Source: Paramoeba atlantica (Eukaryota > Protista > Discosea). Taken from it: a stretch of 64,000 nucleotides of DNA. The notes beneath the pieces were generated by a model that had not been told where the DNA came from, searched no databases, and was given only the letters and a program-made list of their open reading frames with translations. Below, piece after piece: positions 1 through 9,558 of the stretch. How positions within the stretch are numbered: position 1 is the stretch's first letter; each line of letters begins with the position of its first letter. The DNA lies in contig CDRNVI010000066.1 in NCBI GenBank assembly GCA_977017575.1, forward strand, positions 62,001 to 126,000, in the 5' to 3' direction. The position numbers and the translations under genes are program-made.

Positions 1-1094
1 GAATCGAACTCATCGGCATTCGTAAACAAATCAGGAATTACAAAATTCAGCAGCGTCCACAGCTCTCTTAAATTGTTTTGGAGAGGTGTCCCGGTCACAA
101 GGAGTCGATGTGACGTATTCAGTGAGCGCACTGTGCTTGTTGTCAATGACTCATCAGATTTCAGTCTGTGAGCTTCATCGACGATTAAGTAGTTCCACAT
201 GATTTTACGAAAGGAACCAAGTTCCATTCTTACCATTTCGAATGTCGATATTATGACGTCGTACCTTTTGAGCTGAGAGGGATTCAAAACCGCTTTTATC
301 ATCATATCTCGATGTTCGTGACCAGTATGAAACCTGTACACATGCAATGAAGGACACCACATCCGAAATTCGCGAGCCCAATTGCCCAGAACACTTTTAG
401 GACAGAGAACCAGATGGGGGCCTGGTATACTCCTTCCAAACTTGAGGTAAGCTAAAAATGCTATCGTTTGAAACGTTTTTCCTAACCCCATTTCATCTGC
501 TAATATACCGTTCACATCGTTGTCGTGAAGTGAAACGAGCCAGTTGACTCCGTTAAGTTGGTAGGAGCGAAGCTCCCCGGAAAGATATGGTGGAGTTACT
601 TGTAGCCTTGAACGCACAGAAGAGGGTGTCAAATTGATCTCACTCTCTGTATCCTCCTGTGAAGCACATTCGTCCTGAGAGTATACCCGCGCGGGTCCGG
701 AGCGCTGCTTTCGAACCGGAGATTGCGTTACCTCACTCTCATGAGCAGGCGTCGTACTCATCCACAACTCTGTCTGCTCCAACAATGCATCAAAGGAAGA
801 AAACCTTTTAGTTGTAGTCTTGGTAAGCAGTGCAAGTGCCCTTCTCCGTTGGGCAACGAGGTGACGCGACCTAGCTTGTTCGGTTTTTAGCTTTTCATCA
901 TACTCTTCGGGGCTTCGAAAAGGTATTATCGCATGCAAAGAGCTCTTGAAACGAGAAGTTGCCTCATCTAGTGCGTTGGGGTCCTCTCCGTGATCGAGGA
1001 AGGACTGAATTTCCTTCTTTTCTAGAGATTGGGCAAGTTGGTCATTGATTCTTCTCAGATCCTGCGAAAGATTTTGATCTTGCCGTATGCGCAT
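1..1094 (-). CDS. SNF2/ISWI-family chromatin-remodelling ATPase, 3'-partial (runs off window start)
   Basis: Manual translation from ATG at 1094 (not in ORF track): LRSYQLNGVNWL, GILADEMGLGKTFQTI (motif I), LIVDEAHRLK (motif II), LLVTGTPLQNNLRELWTLLNF (motif III). Confidence 0.9.
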   Translation of the reverse strand, partial: MRIRQDQNLSQDLRRINDQLAQSLEKKEIQSFLDHGEDPNALDEATSRFKSSLHAIIPFRSPEEYDEKLKTEQARSRHLVAQRRRALALLTKTTTKRFSSFDALLEQTELWMSTTPAHESEVTQSPVRKQRSGPARVYSQDECASQEDTESEINLTPSSVRSRLQVTPPYLSGELRSYQLNGVNWLVSLHDNDVNGILADEMGLGKTFQTIAFLAYLKFGRSIPGPHLVLCPKSVLGNWAREFRMWCPSLHVYRFHTGHEHRDMMIKAVLNPSQLKRYDVIISTFEMVRMELGSFRKIMWNYLIVDEAHRLKSDESLTTSTVRSLNTSHRLLVTGTPLQNNLRELWTLLNFVIPDLFTNADEFD

Positions 1095-1233
1095 TAAAAA
1101 GGAACACTAATAATAAATATACGGGGTTCATATTTCACAACACATACGTCCGAATTTTGTTTTACCAAAAAGGATATACGAAAGGAACATGTCAAAACCG
1201 GCTATTTTCCATTATTCCTATTTATTTTGTATG

Positions 1234-2496
1234 TTATAAGAGGTCTGACACGTTTTCAACTGCACCTTCCGGATCCTCCCTGTATAGAAAGAGAAAGCCC
1301 TGCAGATGTGCCATGCTGATCGTTGACACGCAGGAATCTTTCTTGTCCGCGTCCGATATTGAAGTATTCACTTCAGGGATTCGCTCAATAAACTTCTCAG
1401 CAAGCAGTTCCTCGTTAGGAAAGAATCGCAAGAAGAGAGACCGAATTTGGTTTTGAGTGGCATAACCAATGTACGCACGAACATCGACCCTTCCAGGACG
1501 TATGAGTGCCGGGCTAAGCTTTTCCACATGGTTGGTGGTGAGGAAAAGAATCCTCCCCTCTTGTGCGGCAACCCCGTCCAACGCATTCAACAGCCCCGAC
1601 ATCGTCACCCGGCTCTCCTTATGAAACGCCCGGTCAATATCCTCCAGCAGCAGCACACACTTTTTCGGCGACGCATTCAGTAACTGCGTCAATGACTCAT
1701 CATCCAGCGAATGATGCGACAAACACAACACACAAATCGCCATCGAAAGCTCCCCCGCGAGCGCCAACACCAACGAACTCTTCCCACACCCCGGGGGACC
1801 ATGGAGCAAATACCCCCTTCGGTACGGAATCCCCATCTCATGGTACCACTCCGCACTTTGTAGAAAATCTCTCGCATCCTTCAGCAGTGCCTCCTGTCGT
1901 TGATCATCTAAAATCACACTCGACAGGGGCCGTCTTCTCCTCGGCTCCGCGACCCGAATCCATCGGCTTCCCGCGCTATGATAAAGCACCGTCTTGTTGG
2001 ACTCACGATTCGCGGCGTACGCTTTAGCCGCGTCTAGAAGTGAGGTAACCACCGAGGGGTCACTCCCGTAGGTGGTTACCGTGAGCGTCTCGGTGATCGT
2101 ATCCATTGCGTTTCCTGAGGCCGAGGCTAAGCGATCGGAGGGCCGATGACGTTGAATCAGAAAGGGGCGAGAGCGGTACCAGAACACATGCGGGAGATTC
2201 GGCGCAGGCGTCAGCAGCGCCTCTGCGGTGACTTGATCGTTGGGGAGAATCTCCACACGTTTGGTTAACACACTCAGGTGGGAGGTGTGGTGGAAGCCCC
2301 GGACGTGGGCCATCCAGCGCATGAGCCAGTCAAAGGAGACATCGCGGGAGGTGGTCTCGAGGGAGACAAAGTAGTTGCGTTGGAGGTAGAGTTTGGCGAG
2401 CCGGGAGACCCCGCGGAGAGCGAAGGCACCCGCGGCCACGCCGTACAGGCCCATACCCGCGGTGAACATGGGATTGGAGAGGAAGGCGTCGGTCAT
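1234..2496 (-). CDS. BCS1: Mitochondrial AAA ATPase BCS1
   Basis: N-terminal TM segment, FDWLMRWM, RRRPLSSVIL, GIPYRRGYLLHGPPGCGKSS (Walker A), LLLEDID (Walker B), SGLLNALDGV, ALIRPGRVD. Confidence 0.92.
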   Translation of the reverse strand: MTDAFLSNPMFTAGMGLYGVAAGAFALRGVSRLAKLYLQRNYFVSLETTSRDVSFDWLMRWMAHVRGFHHTSHLSVLTKRVEILPNDQVTAEALLTPAPNLPHVFWYRSRPFLIQRHRPSDRLASASGNAMDTITETLTVTTYGSDPSVVTSLLDAAKAYAANRESNKTVLYHSAGSRWIRVAEPRRRRPLSSVILDDQRQEALLKDARDFLQSAEWYHEMGIPYRRGYLLHGPPGCGKSSLVLALAGELSMAICVLCLSHHSLDDESLTQLLNASPKKCVLLLEDIDRAFHKESRVTMSGLLNALDGVAAQEGRILFLTTNHVEKLSPALIRPGRVDVRAYIGYATQNQIRSLFLRFFPNEELLAEKFIERIPEVNTSISDADKKDSCVSTISMAHLQGFLFLYREDPEGAVENVSDLL

Positions 2497-2877
2497 GAGG
2501 TGGGGAGAGAGGGTAAAAAGCGTAGAACTGAAGAACTTGTATCAAAAAAGTTGAGAACGAGATAAAAAACTCGTTTCTACGTACGTTCTATAGTTTAACT
2601 CCGAAACTAACCTTGCATCATAAACAGAATCCTCAAGTAAACTCAAATACAACCCGTTGAGTATTGAACATGTAGAACTGAGTATATTTTTCTCAGACAT
2701 TCCTAAAATAGCCGGTGAATTCTAAAGCTTAAATAAGTGCCCAAGTCTGAAATTACCATCTCCTTTTCAAATACATGAAATATATAAAAATAATCCTTGA
2801 TAAAAAATCACAAACAACCTACAACCTTCCCCAACCCTTTCCGTTCCCCCAAAACGTATCTTCCACCACCACTTCCC

Positions 2878-3693
2878 TTAATAAAACCTCCCCTTCTCCT
2901 CACGCCGCTCCTCCTCCTCCTCCTCGTACCCCCCCTCCCTCCCCCCCGCGGCGGACGGCGGCTTTGCGGCGTCACAGAATTTGCAACGCAGGCGGAACGC
3001 AAAGTTCACCCGCCCGCACGGACAGTTCCAGTCCCCGAAGCGGAACGTCGGGGGGGGGCGGGGCTTGGGGTCGCCGTACCGCGGGGGGGACTCGCTCCGG
3101 GGCTCATACCCGTACGGGGCCCCGCGGCTCCCGGGGGGGTACTGCCGCGAGGGGTACCCGCGGCTGTCGTTGTACGGCGCGGCGTAGTTGTACGACCCGT
3201 AGGGGCGGGAAGTGGAGGAGGAGGAGGAAGAGGAGGGGGGAGGGTAGCTTGAGGGGGGCTCACCGCGGGGGGGATTCCCACGGGGGGCATGGCAACGGTG
3301 ACAGCTCTCACGGGAGGCGAAGTTGTGGTGGTCACAGGAGGGGCAGGTCCAGTCCCCGGGACGGAAGGGTTGTTTGAAGTCGCGAGTGGCGAATCGTGAG
3401 GTGCGACAGCGGTGACAGTCTTTGCGGTAGGCAAAGTTGTGGTTGGCACACGAGATGCAGAGCCAGTCCCCGGGTCGCATGTTCTGAATATCGGCGGGGT
3501 TGACTTGAACCTCAGAGGCCCCGGGCTTTAGAACTCCACACGCTTTGCATGTACGTCGAAAAGCAAAGTTTGGGTAGCGACACTCGGGACAATCCCAGTC
3601 TCCTTCGCGCTTCGGTGGGTCAGCACGTGTGGTGGACGTACTTTCGTCTGACGGTGTTACTTCGTCGTTGATACTCTTTGTTAATTCGGTCAT
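2878..3693 (-). CDS. RanBP2-type zinc-finger protein (four fingers), probably RNA-binding
   Basis: Four GDWxCxxC-x4-NF-x-x-R-x-x-C-x-x-C motifs with a Pro/Ser/Tyr/Gly-rich linker. Confidence 0.85.
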   Translation of the reverse strand: MTELTKSINDEVTPSDESTSTTRADPPKREGDWDCPECRYPNFAFRRTCKACGVLKPGASEVQVNPADIQNMRPGDWLCISCANHNFAYRKDCHRCRTSRFATRDFKQPFRPGDWTCPSCDHHNFASRESCHRCHAPRGNPPRGEPPSSYPPPSSSSSSSTSRPYGSYNYAAPYNDSRGYPSRQYPPGSRGAPYGYEPRSESPPRYGDPKPRPPPTFRFGDWNCPCGRVNFAFRLRCKFCDAAKPPSAAGGREGGYEEEEEERREEKGRFY

Positions 3694-4044
3694 GCAGCTA
3701 TAGGTCCAAAAGATTTGAAGTTAACCTAGATAAAATAAAATAGTTTGATCACCTTTGTTTAACGGCGAACAAAAACATCATACAGGGACTAGAACAGAGT
3801 GAGTTCTGGTAGAAATGATTGTGTATCAATCCATTTGCTCAGAACTAGCTGAAAATGTGAAATCCTATTTAATAGACGGATAATCATATTTAACATGACT
3901 TGCTGATCTCATAAGAAACCGTAGCTAACGAGTCAGTGAAGTACGACTCAGTAAGGTACGAATTGCTTTGCTAGATACTCCCGCTTTTAGTCTGAATATC
4001 CATCGTTTACATGATTGCACATATGACGAAGAAAGCAAACTAGG

Positions 4045-5532
4045 TTATGATGCTTCACAAAGATTTGGAAGTAGCAACTCAGCATTCAGGTCAATGAAAC
4101 ATAACAGGTCGTCGATGTTAGAGAGTATAGGATGCATTGCCCCAGCTTCAGTCCCACTCGCAGATATCAATGATGGGGCATGAATCAAAAAACGGACAAG
4201 ATGCTCTGCACCAAAGTATTTGGACCAGTTAACCCCGGTAGCAGTGTCGTAATGTAGGTCGCATGATGGCGTTGCGTATTGACTGTGATTTTCATGAAAA
4301 TCGGATTTTCGTTCAGTAATTCTTTGTGCTATTTCGCAGAAATAAAGTCGCTCGGAATCATACAGCAATATTTTTGGAAGTGACGCATTGAACATTTCCC
4401 GAAGAGTGTGAAGTATGGACTCACATTCCTCAATTTCATCCCTAGTAACTTGTGGCAAGCTAGATAATTTTGACAAAAAGCGCTCGAGAACGGAATGAGC
4501 AGTTATGTGCTTCAGCGCACTCTTTGCCTGAGGAACAACTTCAACTGAATCTTTCGGCTGATTTTCTTGTGAAATATTTGTGACATTCTGAGGCCCCTCA
4601 TCGCTTATCTGAGTCTTGCGACGGACAGATTCGATATCACAGTTTTTCTTTGTAAAATAGTTTTCGCGAGCGCGGAGGTAGAACAAAAGCCTAGAAGGGA
4701 CCTTAATTTGTGGTAAAACCATAGAATGGTCTTTCTCGCATACTGAAGGCACTAAATGTTTCGGTAAAAGATCTCGTATACTGATATTCTCATTTTGTAT
4801 GGACGTCTGTAGCGTGCCTCTCAGCTCAGGCGGTCTCTCAGCCACATTTATTAAATGTGGCGAAGCTGCAGAGGATGAACTCTGATGTGACAGTCGAATG
4901 CGTATTTTTGGACGTGACATTGCCTTGGAATCACGTAGAGAGGCATCTTTATCCGTTGTAGTGTGGTGCGGTGTTTCATATTTCTCATGCATCAAAGTTC
5001 GTGGAATTTCATTTTGCAAAGCAGTTTTCAACGTGTGAAGCTTGGGCACGATCACATCTTGTATTTGCAATGCAAGCTTTCCAAATACGCTATCAACCCC
5101 GTTGAATTTAAAGCAGTTCTGGAGAAGAAGTTCAAAGTCGGCTTCCCACTGCTCGAGCGATGTGTATTTTTTCTCATCGTTTTTCTCCGACATTTTATCT
5201 AGCCACATTCCTTGTGGACAGGCTTCTTGATATAATTTGGTCAATTGGGGAAAATCAACCGTTGGATTTCTTACGAAAAAGTTGCTAGTATCCATCCTAC
5301 GTATTTCAGATATCAGCGCTGCGATGTCTCCATTCACCGAATCTGCGGAAGATGACATTCGAATTGTATGTTCAAATGAATGCTTGTGAAAAAGATCACG
5401 AAACAGAAAATCGATCACACTGTGTACAAAAATTTTGACTGTCACACTCGAAGTCGGAACAGTATCCAATTTACGTAAATGTATTACTGTACCCCCCCTA
5501 CTTACATGTAGATACTTACATGTATCTGTCAC
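4045..5532 (-). CDS. Bromodomain plus C-terminal MRG-domain protein (BDF6/Eaf3-like); true start probably downstream of 5532
   Basis: KYTSLEQWEADFELLLQNCFKFNG (bromodomain); MFNASLPKILLYDSER and FGAEHLVRFL (MRG). The first codons lie inside a MITE-like element, so ATG 5532 is doubtful. Confidence 0.75.
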   Translation of the reverse strand: MTDTCKYLHVSRGGTVIHLRKLDTVPTSSVTVKIFVHSVIDFLFRDLFHKHSFEHTIRMSSSADSVNGDIAALISEIRRMDTSNFFVRNPTVDFPQLTKLYQEACPQGMWLDKMSEKNDEKKYTSLEQWEADFELLLQNCFKFNGVDSVFGKLALQIQDVIVPKLHTLKTALQNEIPRTLMHEKYETPHHTTTDKDASLRDSKAMSRPKIRIRLSHQSSSSAASPHLINVAERPPELRGTLQTSIQNENISIRDLLPKHLVPSVCEKDHSMVLPQIKVPSRLLFYLRARENYFTKKNCDIESVRRKTQISDEGPQNVTNISQENQPKDSVEVVPQAKSALKHITAHSVLERFLSKLSSLPQVTRDEIEECESILHTLREMFNASLPKILLYDSERLYFCEIAQRITERKSDFHENHSQYATPSCDLHYDTATGVNWSKYFGAEHLVRFLIHAPSLISASGTEAGAMHPILSNIDDLLCFIDLNAELLLPNLCEAS

Positions 5533-5573
5533 TACTTTTCGCGAAAAGGTGACAGATAACTAGGGGGGTACAG
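5487..5573. mobile_element. 87-bp MITE-like element, TA-flanked
   Basis: TA|CTGTACCCCCCCTA ... TAGGGGGGTACAG|TA with internal hairpin TATCTGTCAC/GTGACAGATA. Confidence 0.6.
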
Positions 5574-5949
5574 TATTAATCATTTTGGTGGAATCTCCCT
5601 TTTTTCCCCCAAATTATTTTCAAAAAAAAATACTTTAAAGTTTTTTCGAGTTCAGCGATTTTACAATCCTTCTAGATTGGTATTGACGAAAGAGAAGACT
5701 TTGACTTATTTACACCAAGCCATTCGGGGACATTCATAGAAAATAAGAGTTCTAGGGCTCAAATTATGGCACACCAGGTTGACAAACTTGTGACACACTT
5801 ATAGAGTTCGGTAGCGCATCGATACTGTATGGACAAAACATGGACGAGCGAAATGGGAAATTGAAAGCACGAATGGCCTTTATTTCAGCCTCAGAAAATG
5901 AGCTCATGAAATACAAGTAAATAATTGTTGAATCCTTTTTTTACCTCTA

Positions 5950-8097
5950 CTCTCTTTCTCCCCGGCGCAAACCCATGACGGCGACGTCGGCGTGACCACC
6001 GGGGATCCAAGGATTCCGCTACTGGGCTTAACACCCCATCATCCTCGACCTCAGGGGGACCTGCTACCACCCCTCTCAGACGAGACTCCAGCCCCCACCC
6101 CTCCCTAGGGGTCGAGGGGCTGCACCAGCTCTCCATCGAGGGGCTGAAGAAGGTGAGGCCGGACTTGGTCGTCCGAGTCAAGGAGCAGCACAAGCCATGT
6201 GCCTGCGACTTCTGTGGCCCCCCTTTCGTGCCAATCAGGCGGGACAACCGCCTGCGTGATGAGTGCGTTACTCTGCGCTCTCGGCACAGGAACGACATAA
6301 GAGTGCGTGCTTCGACGGAAGCCTCTGGGACCCCTCCATCCCGTCCCACGTCTTCCTCTCGATCCTCCCGCGCCAACTCCACGGCTAGTAAGGATCACAC
6401 GTTCTTCTTCCTCTCGGGGCCGATCCCGGAGCTTTGACCGTATAGGTACTACGGTGGCCCCTACCCCCATCCTGAGGAAAGCAGCCAACGTTTCCTTCGC
6501 TCCTCTCCCCACCTCCGACAGTCGGAGCACGTCCTACGCCCGCATCTCGGCGCCTGGCCTGGCGACCGCCCCCCGATCACGTCGGAAGCGATGGATAGCG
6601 ACGCCGCAGCCCCGATGGAGCGTCCGCTGAAACTCCCCGCGCTTGCGCAGAAGTTCAAGGCGATGGACGCTGTGCGCCTCAAACTCCTCCCCACCCTTTC
6701 TAGTTCGGGGCTCCCTCTAGCTCAAACCGGAAGATGCTCTGTCTCTCTGCGTCTCCTTTCGGCCCTACACTCAGAGCACGAGAGGATCTCCCTTGAGGAA
6801 ATGGAGACCCGGGCACGCCGTGAGCTGACCCTGGAGGCTGTCAGTGGTCTGCACGCGGCCCAGAAAGCCATCGAGGATCGCTTTCTACTGATCAATGCGG
6901 GCCATTTGGTATGCATTGAATGTGGGGTAGCCCAACCCCACCATGTAGCTTTACAGGCGCACCTAGTAAAGGTGCACGGTCCGAAGCGGCTAAGGAAAGC
7001 GTCTATTGCCCTGCTAAAGGAGCATGCCCCTGAAGTCCTCCGGATCAAAACGGAGCGGTACGCCTCCATGCTGGCGTACTATGAGGGGTTCTGCGCTGAG
7101 GAAGCCCGCTTGCGCATGGCCCAGGTCAACACAGTGGCTAAAGGACCTCCATGGCCCGTGCCCCCCCTACGCTCCTTCCCTCTCCCCATTCCCAACTCCC
7201 CTCCTCCTTCCCCCCCATCTCTACCGGCGGACAGGTCGGGCGCGTACCCGATACAGACGAGAGCACCCATTGGGGAAGTCCCGGATAAACCACACGAGCC
7301 GGTAGGGGAAGAGGTCCTCAAAATCCACCTCGACATTGGCCCCGAGCGCTTGGGTCATATAGTCATTCCCTGTCCGCCCGAACGCTCGTTTCAAGCTACA
7401 ATCAGCATTGTGGGCAACACTTTAGGGGTCCCCAGAGAGAGCCTGCTGCTGAAGGACATCTCCGGCGAAGCCACCCCCATCACCGACTGGGAAGGGCTGG
7501 ACAGAGCGCAAAGAGTCGCGGTCAGCCTCTCCCTTCCCCCCTTTCCCCCCCAGGGCCTAGCGATGGGGCCACTGTCAGGGTGTATGACGGGACACACCAC
7601 GGCATGGTCTCCGCCCCAGGGGTGAGTGCGGCGCAAGACATCCCCGCCGGTCTGAACGAGGTCTTGGGTATCGCCCGGATCATGACCGGTGCCTGGGAGC
7701 CCCGCAACTACGAAGAAGGGCTCCTTTGGTGTTTCCTTCCCACAGAAACCCTGGTAAGCGAAACGGGCTGAACCACCCCTCGGGAAGCCGGATGCAACAT
7801 GGTCCGGGGGGACTGAAACTTCTGGGGGCGTACGTAGGCGCCACGGAAGCGAGGGAAGAGGAATGGGTCCTCTCCAAGGTCCCCAAGGTCACTAATTTCT
7901 TGGGTAAACTCAAGGATTTACCGAGACAGTGTGCCCTTCCTCTCCTCCGCCTATGCGGGAGCTCCGGTGGAACTTCATAGTTCGCACGCACGAACCGGGG
8001 GTGACCAAAAAGGCGAACCTGCAGGTGGACGCGGCCATCACCGCATGCTCCGAAGCTCTTATCGGGGGGATGGGTGCAATGGGAACGACACCGTTCG
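5950..8097 (+). mobile_element. CRE-clade non-LTR retrotransposon copy 1, 5' part (internally deleted, degenerate); 5' boundary approximate
   Basis: ORF 6591-7625 has a C2H2 finger (CIECGVAQPHHVALQAHLVKVH) and aligns with copy 2 (KEHAPEVLRIK; WCFLPTETLVSETG). At about 7775 it jumps to GSRMQHGPGGLKLLGAY...LPRQCALPLLRLCG, skipping the RT core present in copy 2. Confidence 0.8.
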
Positions 8098-8234
8098 TAA
8101 ATAAAGTTTTTAGTAAAAAGTTTTTAGTAAAAGTTTTTACGTCGGACTTCCTGGGCGTTGTTTGTTCATACTATTGCATAATAGCAGAGAGTTTTCAGGG
8201 TAAGGCCCGCATACAACGGGATAACCCTTTTTAT

Positions 8235-9536
8235 TTAGCAAGCAGAGCGGTTTTCCTCGTCCGTCCATTCAGCTTCGTTCCTCCGAGCCCAGATAATATA
8301 GCTGGCCCGACCAGCCATTAAACTCATGCTTTCTCTGCATGATCTGGCTCGTTTTCGTTCCCCTTGGAACACGGCGTCAAGATAGCGACAGGATCCGCTA
8401 GGAAGTCCCCGTGCGCCGATCTCGAACGCTAGGGCGTAGCAGTTCGGGTTCTCGATTCTGCGCTCGTGGAGAAGTGAGTTATACTTCTCTGACTTCCGCC
8501 GGTGTGCGTTTTCGCAGTTCTCCTCCCACGGGACAGTTAGCTCAATGATGAACTCGGTCCCGTTCCGTAGTTTGATCCAGCCATCCGGGCGCAGTAAACT
8601 GTCGCTACTGGTGTACCACGGGGGTGGGTTCCGTTCACCCGTGAGGTCAAAGTGGCAAGCTTCGGTGGCAGGGGATTGGCGTACGTGTCGTGCGAACTCG
8701 CGGAGAACCATGTCGTGTCTTAGTGTGTACCTCCCTTGTTGTAAGGATGTGTTGCATGATGAAAGGACGTGTCTTGTTGTTTGTGGTTTGTCTCGGCATA
8801 TGGGACATTTTGTATCAGAGTGATAGTTGCGACCCCATTGTGCAAGGGATACTCGGGAGGGCAGGGGGGTTAGAGTCATGACGGAGGACATGAATCGCGA
8901 GAGTTTCTCGTTTCGGATCCCATGGATGGCAGATGCAAATTCTTGTGCCATTTCTGGGTCTGACGGAAACTGCCACCAGAGGGCAGCAACAGGAGCACGT
9001 TGTCGTAGACGTGTAATCATTTGTTCTTCGTGGGCATCACGGAGTATTTGTCGTGCGCGCTGTGGGTCGTTAAGATGATCGGTTATCTGTGCAGCTGGGC
9101 GGATTTGACCTTTCGCACGCTTCCTTTGCTCTTCCTGGATGCGGAAGCGCAATGCCTTGAGCACGTTCGGGTCTCGTGATTGATGCATTTGGGTAAGTGA
9201 CGTTCCGGTGCACTCGTACCAGAGTTGTGTCAGACTTTTGAGATTCCAGCCGCGGCAGGAGTATAGTACTTCTGTGCTACCGGCACGAGCCATGTTAATC
9301 CATCGTCGAATGTGTGCTGTGACTCGCTTCTGAAGCCGCAGAACTGAGCTGAAAGAGATGCAGGGGTGGATGGTAAACTGAAACCGAAGTCGGGAAATTA
9401 TAGCGTGTCTGTAGATCCACAGCTTAGCCGGGAGATTATGGGCGCTGGCACTCGTGTTTTCGAGCCATCCCTTCAGCTTTGAGTTTAATTTCTTGAAAAG
9501 TTCGTTTAGCTGCTGAGATCCAGGGGCGAGGGTCAT
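8235..9536 (-). CDS. Element A ORF, C-terminal part: RT thumb, zinc knuckle, restriction-like endonuclease
   Basis: GWNLKSL, CCHC knuckle, RYTLRHDMVL, PD...E...K endonuclease, FEIGARG. Confidence 0.88.
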   Translation of the reverse strand: MTLAPGSQQLNELFKKLNSKLKGWLENTSASAHNLPAKLWIYRHAIISRLRFQFTIHPCISFSSVLRLQKRVTAHIRRWINMARAGSTEVLYSCRGWNLKSLTQLWYECTGTSLTQMHQSRDPNVLKALRFRIQEEQRKRAKGQIRPAAQITDHLNDPQRARQILRDAHEEQMITRLRQRAPVAALWWQFPSDPEMAQEFASAIHGIRNEKLSRFMSSVMTLTPLPSRVSLAQWGRNYHSDTKCPICRDKPQTTRHVLSSCNTSLQQGRYTLRHDMVLREFARHVRQSPATEACHFDLTGERNPPPWYTSSDSLLRPDGWIKLRNGTEFIIELTVPWEENCENAHRRKSEKYNSLLHERRIENPNCYALAFEIGARGLPSGSCRYLDAVFQGERKRARSCRESMSLMAGRASYIIWARRNEAEWTDEENRSAC

Positions 9537-9558
9537 ACCAAGAAATGAGCTTCCGGCG

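Noticed and set aside
1157-3449. Overlapping plus-strand and alternative-frame ORFs here and over ARF1, MOCS3 and the retroelements
   Set aside because: Shadow ORFs of GC-rich coding sequence with no domains and against cluster polarity.
5891-6694. Separate genes upstream of the CRE ORF
   Set aside because: Short overlapping ORFs in the GC-rich CRE 5' region; at most a decayed N-terminal extension (CDFCGPPF).
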